Positions 16,168-31,559 of a stretch of DNA of 64,000 bases are shown in pieces. The notes under the pieces were generated by a model that saw only the letters and a program-made list of their open reading frames with translations, ran no database searches and was not told the DNA's origin. Source of the stretch: Octopus vulgaris (lineage: Eukaryota); contig OX597832.1 of the NCBI GenBank assembly GCA_951406725.2, positions 25,606,001 through 25,670,000 of the forward strand. Reading direction: 5' to 3'. Position 1 is the stretch's first letter. Every line of letters begins with the position of its first letter. The translations under genes were made by a program, and so were the position numbers.

Positions 16168-16199
<32 letters not shown>

Positions 16200-16722
16200 C
16201 ATATATAATACTATATTATGTATTATTATGTGAAAATATAATATACAGCGTAGTTATTATGATCTACCTCAGATCTAAAATCAACAAATTGTATTTCTTC
16301 AAAAAGTATAGTCTTTATAATTCCAAATATACTTAATGAAATCAGGAGAAGATTTTTCTCTCAATTTAATATATAATAAAAAAAATCGAGATATAGGTTC
16401 GCTGCATGATGTTGCTTAAGAGTTGATCATCAGAAAATTCAGCATCCACGAGCTACTCAAACTTCAGAGGAAATTTTCCAGAAACATCGAAAGAACGACA
16501 TGATGCCATGACAGAGCTTGAAAGACATCGATAGAAAGATAAGGAAATGGAATTAAAGCGCGATGCAAAATACTTTCTGTTGTTTAGCAAAACAAACAAC
16601 ATCGGGTAGATAGAATATTATAGGATATATAAGTATATACACATACTCACACACCCGCACATATCTGTATATGTATGTTTGTATGTATGTATGCGTGTAT
16701 ATATGTATGTATATGTATACGC

Positions 16723-16759
<37 letters not shown>

Positions 16760-16774
16760 TACATACATATATAT

Positions 16775-16836
<62 letters not shown>

Positions 16837-16977
16837 GGATATACGCTGAAAAAAATGAAGGCAACCGCTAAAAGAGTAAACAACAATTAGAAGCGTACGC
16901 AGCTGATTTCTAGGAGATAGGATGAAGCGAAATATTCGATGTCCAGCTCTGTTGATGGACGATATATAACGAAGAGC

Positions 16978-17094
<117 letters not shown>

Positions 17095-17330
17095 CGATAA
17101 GTATAACGAAAATACAAAAACAATCAACCAATATGGAGAGTATTTAGATGTGGTATTTTATATCGTTTTATCACACATACACACACACGCACACAGGCAC
17201 ACACACGCACACGGACACGCACACACGCACACGGATACGTACACGGACACGCACACACTCATGCACACACACATATATGTGGAAGAGTATATGTCTATAT
17301 ATACTCATATGCATATATAAATGTTTGTAT

Positions 17331-17363
<33 letters not shown>

Positions 17364-17550
17364 GTAAATATTTATAAATATATATATATTTGGTAGATAT
17401 CAATACATACATGTTGTCTATGAATGTTGTTTTACGTACACACATGTATGCGTATGCATATACATATATACCTACCCACAGAAACATACACCTGTGTAGG
17501 CGTCTCATCTATATCTGAATGTTCATGTCTCTATATATTTTCGTACATGT

Positions 17551-17591
<41 letters not shown>

Positions 17592-18278
17592 ACATGTGTG
17601 TGCGCGTAGGTGCGTGTTTCGGTGTATAAGTATGTATATACACTCAGGGAGAGAGAGTGAGAGATAGAGAGAGAGAGGGACAGAGAGGGACAGAGAGACA
17701 GAGATGCATAGAGGGAGATACACACACAGTGAAATACACAGACTAAGAAAGAAAACGATATATACATGTTGAAATTATTTACATGTTATTATTTTTACTT
17801 CTGTGTGTTTGAATGTGGGGGGGATTGTGTGATTGCTTGAATATGAGTACGACATCAATGATATTAATAAGTATTCATAATATTACTGGCAACAACAGCA
17901 TCAACAATAACAACAACAGAAACGAGACAACAATTAGAAAAAAGGACCAAAACGTCAACAACTACGTATATGAGAAGCAATCGAAAGACACCCATAAGAC
18001 GGCCATTTTATACCAAGCATTCTCGGTTGTCATTTAAGACGTGCTATTAGCATGGCTGCCGTTGCGTGCGTTGCATGGTCGTGTTTATTTCAGTAGGTGT
18101 ATATATAAGAATATGTACGTGTGTGTGTGTGTGTGTGTTTGTGTGTAAATGCTTGTGCTTGCATAATATCCATTGCAGTGTCCTGTTTACATGAACATTT
18201 GTGTGTATGGGAATTTATATATGTATGAATGTGGATATACATACATATATATATATATATACGTATGTGTGTATGTGT

Positions 18279-18344
<66 letters not shown>

Positions 18345-18365
18345 ATGTATATAGTATATTACATA

Positions 18366-18431
<66 letters not shown>

Positions 18432-18615
18432 CAAAAACAGCTACATAAACGGGTATATAAATATCGGCATGTAGCTGTGCATGCATATATGTATGTATGC
18501 ATTTTTGTGTATGTGTATGTGTATGTTTGTATATGAATATGCATGTATGTAAGAGCATATAATATCTGGACAAAATTGCTTTCCTTCCTGGATTCATTCT
18601 TCATGCGGGGGCGTC

Positions 18616-18673
<58 letters not shown>

Positions 18674-18936
18674 GACATATACAGATACAAATATATATAT
18701 GTATACATACATATGTGCATAGCTACACATACCTATATACATATATACAGAAATTCAAAAAAAAAAAAACGAAGATATATATAATTTATAAAGATATATT
18801 CATATACAACATATATATATATATGTATATATATATATAATATAATATATATATACACGCGCGCGCAAATGTATATGTAATTTTAACGTATAAGTGTATT
18901 TATATATATATATATATTTGTGTATGTCTATACATA

Positions 18937-18976
<40 letters not shown>

Positions 18977-19751
18977 TATATACATATATACATATATATA
19001 TGCATACATATATGTGTCTATATGTATATATATATACATACATACATATACACAAACATATACATACACATACACACGTGTGTGTCCATAGAATTGCATA
19101 GCTGTCCCTGTCCGTGGTAATACCAATCACTGATATTCTCTGATATGAACTATGTTATGTTTAGGGTAAAAACGAAGATGTTTATCGTAAACAAATGTAT
19201 ATGTTGTTTTTAAACGAATATTGTTAAAAGGAAAATAATAAATATCGGCTTTGTTGTTTGTTTTTGATGGATCTGGTGGTGGTGATGGTTGTGGTGGTGG
19301 TGGTATGTCTAGGGAGTGAAGTGCTGAACTGATCATTGGTTGCATGGTGTGGGGAACTCATACGCGTAAACCGGCGTTCATTTTGTTACCATTGTTGTGT
19401 TGATAGTTATAATAGCTCCACTGTCAATTGTAAGATGGCTGTGGTTGAGGTGGTGGTGGTGGTGGTGGTGATGGTGGTGATAACATTGAATGGTCTAGTC
19501 ATAATGCTGCTGATATTGCTTTTACTGGGTGTAATGATAGTGAGAGTGATGGTGGTTGTGGTAATGTGGGTGGTAATGGAAAATACCATGAACTGGATGG
19601 TGATATTACACATCACCAGCACCACCTTCACCGCCACCAAAATAAGTAGTAACACCCACGTGTATACTTCTTTCGACATTAGGGACATTTTGGTAGATGT
19701 ACATATACATAAATATATATATATATACATATATATATACATATATATATT

Positions 19752-19782
<31 letters not shown>

Positions 19783-20744
19783 GCATGCAATATATATATT
19801 ATATACATACATTCATACATACATGCATACATACATATATAAATATATATAAGTTCATATACGTACACACGCATATATACACACACACAAAATGTCTATA
19901 TTTATGTGGAGAAAGATATAAAAGTAATTTAACATTAATTACCTGAAAGATTACGCGACCATTTCATAGAGTACACGTTTTATATTTTGCAAAAAAATGC
20001 TGACACTAACTTCGAAAATTCCGTTTGTCTTGCATTCATCAAACAGATTTACTGCCGCTCGTTCCAGTGACACATGTTAGATCTCATGCCTATAAATTTG
20101 AGTCGGTGACCCTTGAGGATATCCAAGATTAATTCCCTCTGATTCTTTTGTCAAGTGCCTATAGTTGAATGTGCAAAACTTTTCAGTTAAGCAAAGTCTT
20201 TAGTGAGGAGATATGTTAGAACATGCACTGGGTCTTTCGGCGGCACTGTATTTCTTGATCTTTCATTTTCCAGACAAACTAAGACAAGGATGTGAATTGT
20301 TACTGCTTCCGGATCTGAATGAATGCAGATGTTGGAAATACCGACTTGCTAATGTATTCTTAGTAAACCTCATGCAATTTCTGGCAATACTATCCAGAGA
20401 CGATATCTATGTGAAATGTATCACTGTTTTTGGAATAACAAGATCACTATAATGGGCAGGTAGTGAATTTTTCATTCGTAATATGTTACGTGTTACCTGG
20501 AGGATTCTGCAGGGTTATGTTTACGGTTGTAGTGTATAAGGCGTATAATCTGGAAAGTGTTGTTGTCCATGTGCAAAAATAGTTAACCTAAATGCTATGA
20601 ACGTTGAAAAGTTTGTTGTAATTGTGTTTCGGTGGGAAGTGTCGTAGTATGGCTGGAAAAGATTCAAGCTACAATCATGATGACAGTCAAAGTTGAGTGC
20701 AGGATTTTAGGAAGTTGCTTTTCTATTCGGGCTCCTTTTCTCGT

Positions 20745-20794
<50 letters not shown>

Positions 20795-21014
20795 TTAGCG
20801 GGATTCTCCCCGCAGGAAATAAAATCGGCATCAATCAGTCACTATATTTGTGTGACCAACCGTATATGTATTTGGTATGTGGGAAACTCTGAGTACCAAT
20901 GCCGTGAATCATCACCTGATTCTCAATAATACAAACTCTACTCTGTATATTGAGTACTCTCTTCTTTTATCTTTGAGTATGAACGTTTATTTGTGAGTAT
21001 GTGTGCGTACGCGT

Positions 21015-21185
21015 GTGCGCTGGTGTGTTTACACCCGCGTAACTTAGTGATTCGGCAAAAGAGTACCAATAGAATAAGTACCAGGCTTCCAAAGAATAAG
21101 TCCTGGGGTAGGTTAGCTCGACTAAAGCCGGTGCTCCAGCATGGCCGCAGTCAAATGACTGAAACAAGTAAAAGAGTAAAAGAAG
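21015..21185 (+). mobile_element. SINE A, 3' half
   Basis: Matches 12047-12210. Confidence 0.85.
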
Positions 21186-21501
21186 ACTAATGTGTATATG
21201 TGTGTGTAATATACATATATGTAAACACACACATGCGCAAACACATGTATACACATTTATATACGCATGTATATACGTACAAACACACGCACACATGTAT
21301 GTATATATGTCTGTGTGTGTGCCTGTACACTAGAGATGTGCGTATGTGTGTACATGTGTGTATCTATAGCGTTGCTGGATCAAAACATCCCCTATGAATA
21401 ATTATCATCCCGTTTTTTAAAACTATCATTTGCGTGCACGATTTAATTTTTATCCAGAATTCAAAACGAAAAAAAACTACTGTAAATTAAAATTTCTCTT
21501 A

Positions 21502-21551
<50 letters not shown>

Positions 21552-21611
21552 CACACATATATATACACACACATTCACACCATGCATATATATGTATATA
21601 CACACACACAA

Positions 21612-21681
<70 letters not shown>

Positions 21682-21718
21682 ATATATATATATTTATATG
21701 TATATATATATGTAAATA

Positions 21719-21749
<31 letters not shown>

Positions 21750-21995
21750 TGTATATATATATATATATATGTGTGTGTGTATATTGGCAGGGCTTACTCC
21801 CTCATTATTTAAATATATATATATATATATTTATATATATACATATATATGCACACACACATATGCATATAGAAACAAATTTAAACAACGGTTTCAGTCA
21901 TTACTCTGCAGCATGTTAGAGACGACGCATACCCAAACACACACATACACACACAAATACAAACATACACACACATATATATATATATGCATATG

Positions 21996-22031
<36 letters not shown>

Positions 22032-22280
22032 CGTAAGTATATATATAAATATCTATATGAACTTTATATATATATACATATAAACATATATACGATGTGT
22101 GTAAATACATTGCTTCGTGTGGATTGCGTGCTCTTAATAATATATGAACATATCTATATATATATATATTATATGTTACTGTTTTTCCATAGCGTGTTAT
22201 GGACTCTACACTGCACACACAGACTGACACACAGACAAATATATACACACACATACACACATATACATATATGAATGCAG

Positions 22281-22340
<60 letters not shown>

Positions 22341-22805
22341 TTATCGATGTATGCGTCTGTGTGTGCAAATATATTTATATATATAATATATAAATATGTG
22401 TGTGTATGTGTACGTGTGTATTTACACATGTTTGCATGTCCACGTGTACATTTGTGTATGTGTTATAAAGCGCATTATGCGTGTGAATACAAATTGTGGT
22501 GGATACCAATCTAACATGCAAAAGAAGAAGAAATAATAAACAAAAAAAAACAAACATAAAGCAAAGAAAATATGAATAAAAAATTGATTCAGAATAAAAA
22601 CTAATCTGTACTCCATAAATTTCCCGTTTGTGCACCCGTATGTACCCGTGTGATGCGAAACTAGTTGGATACAACACCAGAAAAAATATTGTACTATGCA
22701 ACATTATACCCTGTATAATTAATTTCACAGCAGCCCGCGTGTACGGCAGAGCAGAATATTGGTCGCATCATCTAGTTGTTTGTTGATAGACATATACACA
22801 CACAC

Positions 22806-22910
<105 letters not shown>

Positions 22911-23397
22911 TGTATGTATGTATGTATGCAGGTATGTATACGTATATGTATATGTGTATATCGGTATATTGGTACTAGAAAATGTAAACGAAGGGTAAAG
23001 AACTACGATGGTTACCGTCTTGGAAATGGTAGAAAATGGCGCCATGTCGATTGACGTAGAAGTGGATCGGACATGGAAAGAACACCATCTTTCTTATGAT
23101 TTTGGAATCGTATTCGATATGGAGTTAGTAATAACATTTATTGTATGTATTTGTTCATTTCGTAGCTTTTTTTTTCTGTATTCGTTGTTTTTTGTTGTTG
23201 TTTTCTCTGTGTGTGTGCGTGCGTGCGTGTTTCAATTACGGACGACGTCTCACCATTCGTAAGAAAGATATTTTCGTTCACTTATTTTCACCTGAAAAAT
23301 AAAAAAAAACAAAAAAAAACGAGCCAATTTTAATCTTCCCCAGTTTCCTTTTTTAATCTCCTTTGAACAATGTGACGCCAAATCTAAATTCTGATTT

Positions 23398-23496
<99 letters not shown>

Positions 23497-23527
23497 TGAT
23501 TATAATCACCCCATTTGATTTATATGG

Positions 23528-23572
<45 letters not shown>

Positions 23573-23774
23573 ATCTGATAAAATTTGAATAAATGTTATT
23601 TCTGCTGTGAACGGATTCGCATGGTAGTTAATTCTGGTAACATCAACAAAGTTCAATGGAAATGATGGTTGAGACGACGACGGTGACGACGATGACGACG
23701 ATGATGATGATGGTCATGGTGATGATGATGATGATGATGACCATGACCATGACGATGATGATGATGACGAGGAC

Positions 23775-23830
<56 letters not shown>

Positions 23831-23831
23831 C

Positions 23832-23869
<38 letters not shown>

Positions 23870-24295
23870 GAGGGAGGAGGAAGAGAAGGAAGAGAGGAGG
23901 TGGACGTTTAGGTAGTGAAGCTGGCTTTTTTAGTCGATAGTACTTGTTTTGGCACTGCAGACAAGCATGTTCCCCAACGCCACCGCGCACAGAAATAAAC
24001 CCATAGAAAGGAAGTGGCGGGGTGGTGGAGGGTATGGAGGGAGATGAAGTGATTAAAATTTGTTAATTGAATACAATTGGCATACACACTTTCCTTCTCC
24101 TCAGACACGTAAAGAGAAATGTGTTCACACACATAAACAGAGAGACAGAAGGCGGAGGAGCAAAGAGGAGAGAAAGAGGGAAGGGGGAGGTACGAGCGAC
24201 AGGGAAGAACGAGATAAACTTTTAAACGTGTTACGTAACGCTGATTGCTACAAACAAGCCCTCTCGTCAGACAAAGTGAAATATGCGTGTGTAAA

Positions 24296-25110
24296 CAGTG
24301 TGTGTGTGTGTGAGGGAATGAGTGTCTGTGTGTGTATGTGTATGAGTGAGTGTATGTGTGTGTTTGAGGGAATGAGTGTGTTTGTGTGTGTATGTGTATG
24401 AGTGAATATATGTGTGTGAGCGTGTGTGTATGTGTATGTATGTGAGCGTGTGTGTGTGTGTGTGTGTGTGAGTGAATGAATGAATATGTTTGTGTGTGTA
24501 TGTGTATCAGTGAGTGTATGTGTGTAAGCGTATGTGTGTGAGCGTGTGTGTATGTATGTGAGTGTGTGTGTGTTTGTGAACCTGTGTGTGCGTCAATGAG
24601 TGTGAGTGTGTATGTGTGTGAGCACGTGAATATGTGTGTATGAGTGAGTGAGTGAATATGTGTGTGAGCGCATGTGTGTGTGAGCATGTGTATGTGTGTG
24701 TGGACGTGTATGAGCGTGTGTGTGAGTGTGTGTGTGTGTGTGAACCTGTGTGTGCGTGAATGAGTGTGAGTGTGTATGTGTGTGAGCATGTGAGTATGTG
24801 TGTATGAGTGAGTGAATATGTGTGTGAGCGCATGTGTGTGTGAGCGTGTGTATGTGTGTGTGGACGTGTGTGTGCATGTGTGTGAGTGAGTGTGTGTGTG
24901 AGCTTGTGTGTGCGTGAATGAGTGTGTGTATGTGTGTGAGCATGTGTGTATGTGTGTAGGAGTGAGTCTGTGTGTGTGTGAGCGTGTGTGTATGTATAAG
25001 TGAGTGTGTGTGTGCGTACGAGTGACTGTATGTTTGTGTGTGTGTATATGAGTGTATGAGTGTGTGCGTGTGTATAAGTGTGTGTGTGCGTGTGTGTCTA
25101 TGTGTGTGTG
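24296..25110. repeat. Degenerate (TG)n array with higher-order ~164 bp duplication
   Basis: GTGAACCTGTGTGTGCGT...GGACGTGT recurs at ~24576 and ~24740. Confidence 0.85.
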
Positions 25111-25922
25111 TAACAATTGGATCATTTAATACATCTTAATGTCTGTGTTTCTTTTTTATTCTTTGACTTTTCTGCTCTCGGTACCAAAATTTAAACTCGC
25201 TGTCAATTCTATTTTGTAAAAGAGAAAGCGAAATCTATAATGAGAACATTTTTCTTCTCCATGACAATATTTCGTGACAATATTTCACCGGTCATCATAC
25301 ATACATAAAGTGAAGCTGAAAGCTAACCGAAATTCAGTAGCCGCGTGGTTAAGTTGCTATGATCACAAAACAGTTGGTACCAAGAATTAAAAACAAGATC
25401 TAGGTGCAAAAATGTATTGGGAAAAAATAAAAACGTCCAATGTCAAGTAAGTCATCGTTGAATAACCAACGCCAAACATGTGGGGCTTAATTGCAGTGCA
25501 AAGATGCCTCATTCCCCAAACAGGGGCAGGGTAAAGACACTTGGTACCAACCGAGGTGCTTCACAAAACTCTAGATAACTGTTACCACTGGGGTCTTCCC
25601 AAGGTAATCAATCTCAGATGTCTTTTACGGTCTACATATATATATGTGCCAGGACCCATCATCCTAAGCCATATTCCTCAAACAGTGCGTATTATTTTTG
25701 TTTGGAGAATTCACAAAGAAACAAAAGACGAAGACAGGTTATGTAGAAAACAAACAGATGTATTAATGAGACAGAGAGAGAGAAGAGATGAGAAAGCATA
25801 GAAAGATATATATATATATATATATTTGTATGAATGTATACATATGTATATAGATAGATACATACATACAAATGCATGTATGTACACACACACATACACA
25901 CACACATATATATATATATATG

Positions 25923-25981
<59 letters not shown>

Positions 25982-26540
25982 GTAAGTACGTAATACATAC
26001 ATACCGATAAACATATACATACATAAATACATACATACATACATACATACATACATACATACATACATACATACATACATACATACATACATACATACAT
26101 ACATACATACGTACATACACACACAGACCGGATTCCGTTTCAATCACTGTGAGACATTCTCAGCAGCCAAAATAACAACGAGACCAGGTGCGGGTTGGTA
26201 GAGACCAGCGTGAAGATATTTGAAGAACTCTGAGATTCTGTCGAGAAGCTTTCAAAAGTTCGAAGAGAAAGCTATTGTGCTTAAGAGAGCACTCGAAACT
26301 AGAAGTCCTTCAACAGAACGGCAGACACGTTTTAAAACTAATAGTGACGTCAGCACTTGCGAGAAGTCTAGCGTATGAGACACGCCAATGATGATCAAAT
26401 CCTAATGGAGTATGCGTCTTCAAAGTTAGGCGACGCATGCGCCGCTAATAATTGTCCTGGCCATGGTCGTTGTTTCCGTCGGTGCTGGTGTTGCTTTGTT
26501 ATAGTTGTTTTATTGCTGTTGTAGTTGTTGTTGTTGTCGT

Positions 26541-26878
26541 TCTTCTTCTTCTTCTTCTTCTTCTTCTTCTTCTTCTTCTTCTTCTTCTTCTTCTTCTTCT
26601 TCTTCTTCTTCTTTTCCTCCTCCTCCCACGCCTCCTCCTTCATCTTCCTTCATCTTCCGACTTCTTCATCTCCCCCGTATTCTTTTTCTTCAGTTTCTTT
26701 TTTCGTCTTTTATTCTTAATTTGTACCTTTCCGTTGTTGTTGTTGTTGTTGTTTTTCTTCTTCTTCTTCTTCTTCTTCTTCTTCTTCTTCTTCTTCTTCT
26801 TCTTCTTCTTCCTCCACCTCCTCATCCGCATCATCCTCATCCTCATCCTCATCATCATCCTCATCATCATCATCATCC

Positions 26879-26943
<65 letters not shown>

Positions 26944-27120
26944 GTCATCATCATCATCGTCATCATCATTATCATCATCGTCATCATCATCATCATCGTC
27001 ATCATCATCTACTTCTTCCTCCTCTTTCACCGCCATCGTCGTCTTCTTTCTTCTTCTTCTTCTTCTTCTTCTTCTTCTTCTTCTCCTTCTTCTTCTTCTC
27101 CTTTATCTTCTTCTTCTCCC
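26541..27120. repeat. (CTT)n/(CAT)n low-complexity block
   Basis: Direct reading. Confidence 0.9.
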
Positions 27121-27572
27121 CTTTCTTCCTCGTCTGGTATTGATTTTGTAGAGGAAGTATGCTGTTATTGATGTTTAGCGGTATTTCTTCCGGTTCCGTA
27201 CGTTGTAAATTCATAGCCTGCCAATGTCACTTTTGCCTTTCAACCCTTCGGCTTCGATAAAATAAATTACAGGTCAAATACTGAGGTAAGGGATTATCCT
27301 CTTCCAGTGGTAACGGATTATCCCCTTCCACTAAAACTGCTGACCTTGAGCCAAAATTTCTAGCAATTATCTTTGGAGACATTTCATCCGTCTTTTCCTT
27401 CTGACTTCAAAATTCTGCTCAGGTCACCTTTATATATCATCATTTTGGGGTCGATAAAATAAGTACTAATTCAGCACCTGGGTCGCTGTAATCGACTTGT
27501 CCCCTCTCACGAAATTGATGGCCTTGTGCCGAAATACGAAACGAGTTATTATTATTATTATTATTGTAGTTG

Positions 27573-27718
<146 letters not shown>

Positions 27719-27720
27719 GT

Positions 27721-28090
27721 GGTGGCGAGCTGGCAGAATCGTTAGCACGCCGGGCGAAATGCTTAGCAATATTTCATCCACCGCTACGTTCTGAGTTCAA
27801 ATTCCGCCAAGGTCGACTTTGCCTTTCATCCTTTCGGGGTCGATAAATTAAGTACCAGTTACGCACTGGGGTCGATGTAATTGACTTAATCCCTTTGTCT
27901 GTCCTTGTTTGTCCCCTCTGTGTTTAGCCCCTTGTGGGTAGTAAAGAAATAGGTATTTCGTCTCTCTTTACATTCTGAGTTCAAATTCCGCCGTGGTCGA
28001 CTTTGCCTTTAATCCTTTGGGGGTCGATAAATTAAGTACCAGTTGCGTACTGGAGTCGGTGTAATCGACAGGCCCCTTCTCCCAAAATTT
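27721..28090 (+). mobile_element. SINE B: head + body + second partial body
   Basis: GGTGGCGAGCTGGCAGAATCGTTAGCACGCCGGGCG head; B box GAGTTCAAATTCC; central GTCGACTTTGCCTTTCATCCTTTCGGGGTCGATAAA block (resembles, from recall only, the Meta-SINE domain). Confidence 0.9.
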
Positions 28091-28112
28091 ATTATTATTA
28101 TCATTATTATTG

Positions 28113-28313
28113 TGGTGGCGAGCTGGCAGAAACGTTAGCATGCCGGGCGAATTGCTTATCGGTATTTCGCTACGTTCTGAGTTCAAATTCTACCAAGGTC
28201 GACTTTGCCTTTCATACATTCGGGGCCGATTAAAGAAATACCAGTTATGCACTGGGGTCGATGTAATCGACTTGATCAATCCTCCCAGCTTCCCCATGTG
28301 GCAAAACTTCGAA

Positions 28314-28315
<2 letters not shown>
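28113..28315 (+). mobile_element. SINE B
   Basis: Same head and body, with (TTA)n tail. Confidence 0.85.
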
Positions 28316-28387
<72 letters not shown>

Positions 28388-28388
28388 T

Positions 28389-28581
28389 GAGTGAGAGAGC
28401 AGTGCATGCCATCAAAAGTGACACTGGGGTAAAATATACGAAGCCCAGTATACCCATCATGACTACCCGTCTGATAAAGGTACACCAGGCACATGCATCA
28501 CAACCATATGTGCGCGACATGGTGATCTCATATCAAGATAAAAGTACATGACCTTGCAGGTGGGGCCCAGTTAGAATTTTC

Positions 28582-28582
<1 letters not shown>
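28389..28582 (-). mobile_element. Truncated copy of the 13683-14238 element in (TTA)n
   Basis: Near-identical to 13683-13875. Confidence 0.85.
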
Positions 28583-28680
<98 letters not shown>

Positions 28681-28756
28681 CATTATTATTATTATTATTG
28701 TCGTTGTTGTTATTATTATTATTATCATTATTTTATTATTATTGTTGTTGTTGTTA

Positions 28757-28796
<40 letters not shown>

Positions 28797-29074
28797 CATT
28801 ATTATTATTATTATTATTATTATTAGTAGTAGTAGTAGCAGTAGTAGTAGCAGTAGTAGTAGTAGTAGTAATGTTGTTGTTGCTGTTTCTGTTGTTACCG
28901 TTTCTATTGCTACTGTTGACGCACTTTTAATTATAGCTTTCTTAATTAATTATCCTCGATTCTCAACTACTTGATTTTTTTTCTTCATGTCTGTTACCAT
29001 TCTTGTCTCTGTAGATGTATTACGTTTAGGAGATTTTCTTCCTAAAATTACTACTACTGCTGCTGCTGCTGTCG

Positions 29075-29112
<38 letters not shown>

Positions 29113-29344
29113 CGCACACAAACACACACACATCCACACACAAACATGCAAACACAGTCACCCACACAAGCGACTATAAGTCGCACCGGTTCTTTTTCTT
29201 TACTTTTTTCTGTTTTTTTTCTGGTCTCTTTACAGACAAAGTTCAAATCGCAGCAATGTCGAATGCACTGTTCTGTTCCTTCAAGTCACCACCACCACCA
29301 TCATCATCAAAATCATCATCATCATCACAGTCGTTCTTCGTCTC

Positions 29345-29516
29345 GTTCACCCGTCTTTACGTTTCTGGGTTCGAATTCCGCCAGGGTCACCTTTGACTTT
29401 CATAATTTAGGGAGTTGATTAATTAAGTACCAGTCATGTAATAGGGTCGATGAGATCGACTATCCTCCCACCCCTCAAATTCCACGTCTTGTGCCTATAG
29501 TAGAAAGGATTATTAC

Positions 29517-29579
<63 letters not shown>

Positions 29580-29800
29580 GGCGGTGAGCTGGCAGAGTCG
29601 CTAGAATGCCAGGCAAATTTTTTCAGCGGTATTTCGCCTGTCTTTACGTTCTGAGTTCAAATGCGGGCGGGGTCGACTTTGCCTTTCATCCTTTCGAGGT
29701 CGATAAATAAAGTACCAGTGAAACATTGGGGTCAGTGTATTCGACTGGTACCCTCCCCCCAAATGTCAGGCCTTGTACCTATAGTAGAAGGGTATATTAC
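29345..29800 (+). mobile_element. Two SINE B copies (29345-29515, 29579-29800)
   Basis: Family B body motifs with (TTA)n between them. Confidence 0.8.
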
Positions 29801-30014
29801 TATTGTTGCTGTTGTACCTGGAGCAGGCCCTGCGTGCAGGAGAAGGAACGATGAACTGTTTATTAACAAAGCCACGTAGCGTTGGTGATCTCCCTACAAA
29901 GAGTTTCCATTCTTCACCTTAAAAAGCAAATTTACCCCGGACGAAGGATAGCATAGGACAAAATATGTGTTCTTCACATTGACTTGATTTGTTTGATAAA
30001 GAGTGTTATTCTTT

Positions 30015-30237
30015 TAGTCTTTTATTCTGTTATTTGTTTCAGTTATTTGACTGCGGCCATGCTGGAGCACCGCCTTTAGTCGAGCAAATCGACTCCAGGA
30101 CTTATTTTTTGTGAGCCTAGTACTTATTCTATCGGTCTCTCTTGCCGAACTGCTACGTTGCGGGGACGTAAACACACCAACGTCGGTTTTCAAGCGATGT
30201 TAGGGGGACAAACACAGGCACACAAACATATACATAG

Positions 30238-30277
<40 letters not shown>

Positions 30278-30463
30278 AATATTAGGAATAAATACATACA
30301 TATATTTATGTGACTTAATCCAATACATAAAAATTTAATATAAATTAAATAAATTAAATTCCACTACAATTGTTTGTTCTCTTCTAAGGACATTCATCAG
30401 GTGGATTTCAGATCTAAAAATAATCAATATTTTAAGATATAAATTTAAAATGACTAAACTATA

Positions 30464-30503
<40 letters not shown>

Positions 30504-30527
30504 ATATATATATATATGACGGGCTAA

Positions 30528-30559
<32 letters not shown>

Positions 30560-30690
30560 TCTTTTCAGTTTCCGTATGCCAAATAAACTCACAAGGATTT
30601 GGTCAGCCCGAGGCTATAGTAGAATACCCTTGTCCAAGGTGTCACACAGTGGGATTGAACCCGGAACCATGTTGTTTGGAAGCAAATCTA
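30015..30690 (-). mobile_element. SINE A interrupted in its internal (TA)n by a pLTR-like insert (~30270-30470)
   Basis: Tail 30015-30240 and head 30560-30690 match family A. Confidence 0.8.
30360..30405 (-). ncRNA. Degenerate minimal hammerhead motif
   Basis: TCCAC-CTGATGA-...-CAAA-CAATTG-TA-GTGGA: 5-bp stem I and palindromic loop III, but G12 is missing. Confidence 0.5.
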
Positions 30691-30918
30691 CTTTCTATTC
30701 CTTTTGGTTGATTCATTTTCATTGTACACATTCCTTGATTGCTTTTGCTTCGATATCTCTTACTTGTTAATCCTTATATGCTTCACTTACTTAATTCCAC
30801 ACACACGTGTGTGTGTGTGTGTGTATGGGTGTGTGTGTATGTGCATGTGTGTGCATGTATATACGTACAACAGAATATCATGCGAATCATATACATATTT
30901 ATATATATATACTTCCAG

Positions 30919-31092
30919 GACTACTTGAACCTCGGACCCATAGATTGGAAGCTGCTGTCTGTGCACGGCAATCGTGCTTCTCTCCACGGGACTGAGCCGG
31001 TATCGGACGAAGAGCTGAAAGCCCTCAAGGACCGCCCTGACCAATGGCCAATAACAAAACACATGTTACGTACATTGAAGCCGATCAAGTGA
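30919..31092 (+). CDS. Probable terminal coding exon: DYLNLGPIDWKLLSVHGNRASLHGTEPVSDEELKALKDRPDQWPITKHMLRTLKPIK*
   Basis: CTTCCAG acceptor; GC-richer non-repetitive island in AT-rich DNA; open in phase 0 to TGA; phase-compatible with exon 3496-3557. Confidence 0.6.
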   Translation, partial: DYLNLGPIDWKLLSVHGNRASLHGTEPVSDEELKALKDRPDQWPITKHMLRTLKPIK

Positions 31093-31249
31093 AAAAACAA
31101 CCCCAAAAAACAAGCGAATATATAAGAACATTTCATTAGGTTTACTTTCTTTCAGAATATCATTAATTTCAACCTCATTACACTCATACTCTCACCTACA
31201 AGCGTACATATATGAGTCTGCCTGTGTGTCTGTCTCTTTCTCTCTCTGT

Positions 31250-31314
<65 letters not shown>

Positions 31315-31559
31315 GCACACACACACATATATATAGTGAGAATTTACAAAACAATACAAAACAAATATGTATATACACACATACACATTTATTTATAAAT
31401 AGGTTTTCTGGCCCAAACTTCGAAGTCACTACCAACAACATTCTTATATAAGAATAAGAAGTTTGTACTCTACAAAAGCACAGAGTAAGCCATCGGTTTA
31501 ATGAAAAATTGTTTTTTTAATAACTAAACACTAAATCAAACATTAATATATGTATTCCC

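Noticed and set aside
23908-25125. 405-aa His/Thr-rich ORF, and similar poly-I/Y/L/H/N ORFs throughout the track
   Set aside because: These are translations of microsatellites that lack stop codons; there is no coding signature.
30919-31092. Loose resemblance of YLNLGP / WPIT..LR (and FLTQD in the upstream exon) to CHST15-type sulfotransferase
   Set aside because: Only short motifs recalled from memory; spacing differs and no conserved PAPS-binding exons were found, so no gene symbol is assigned.
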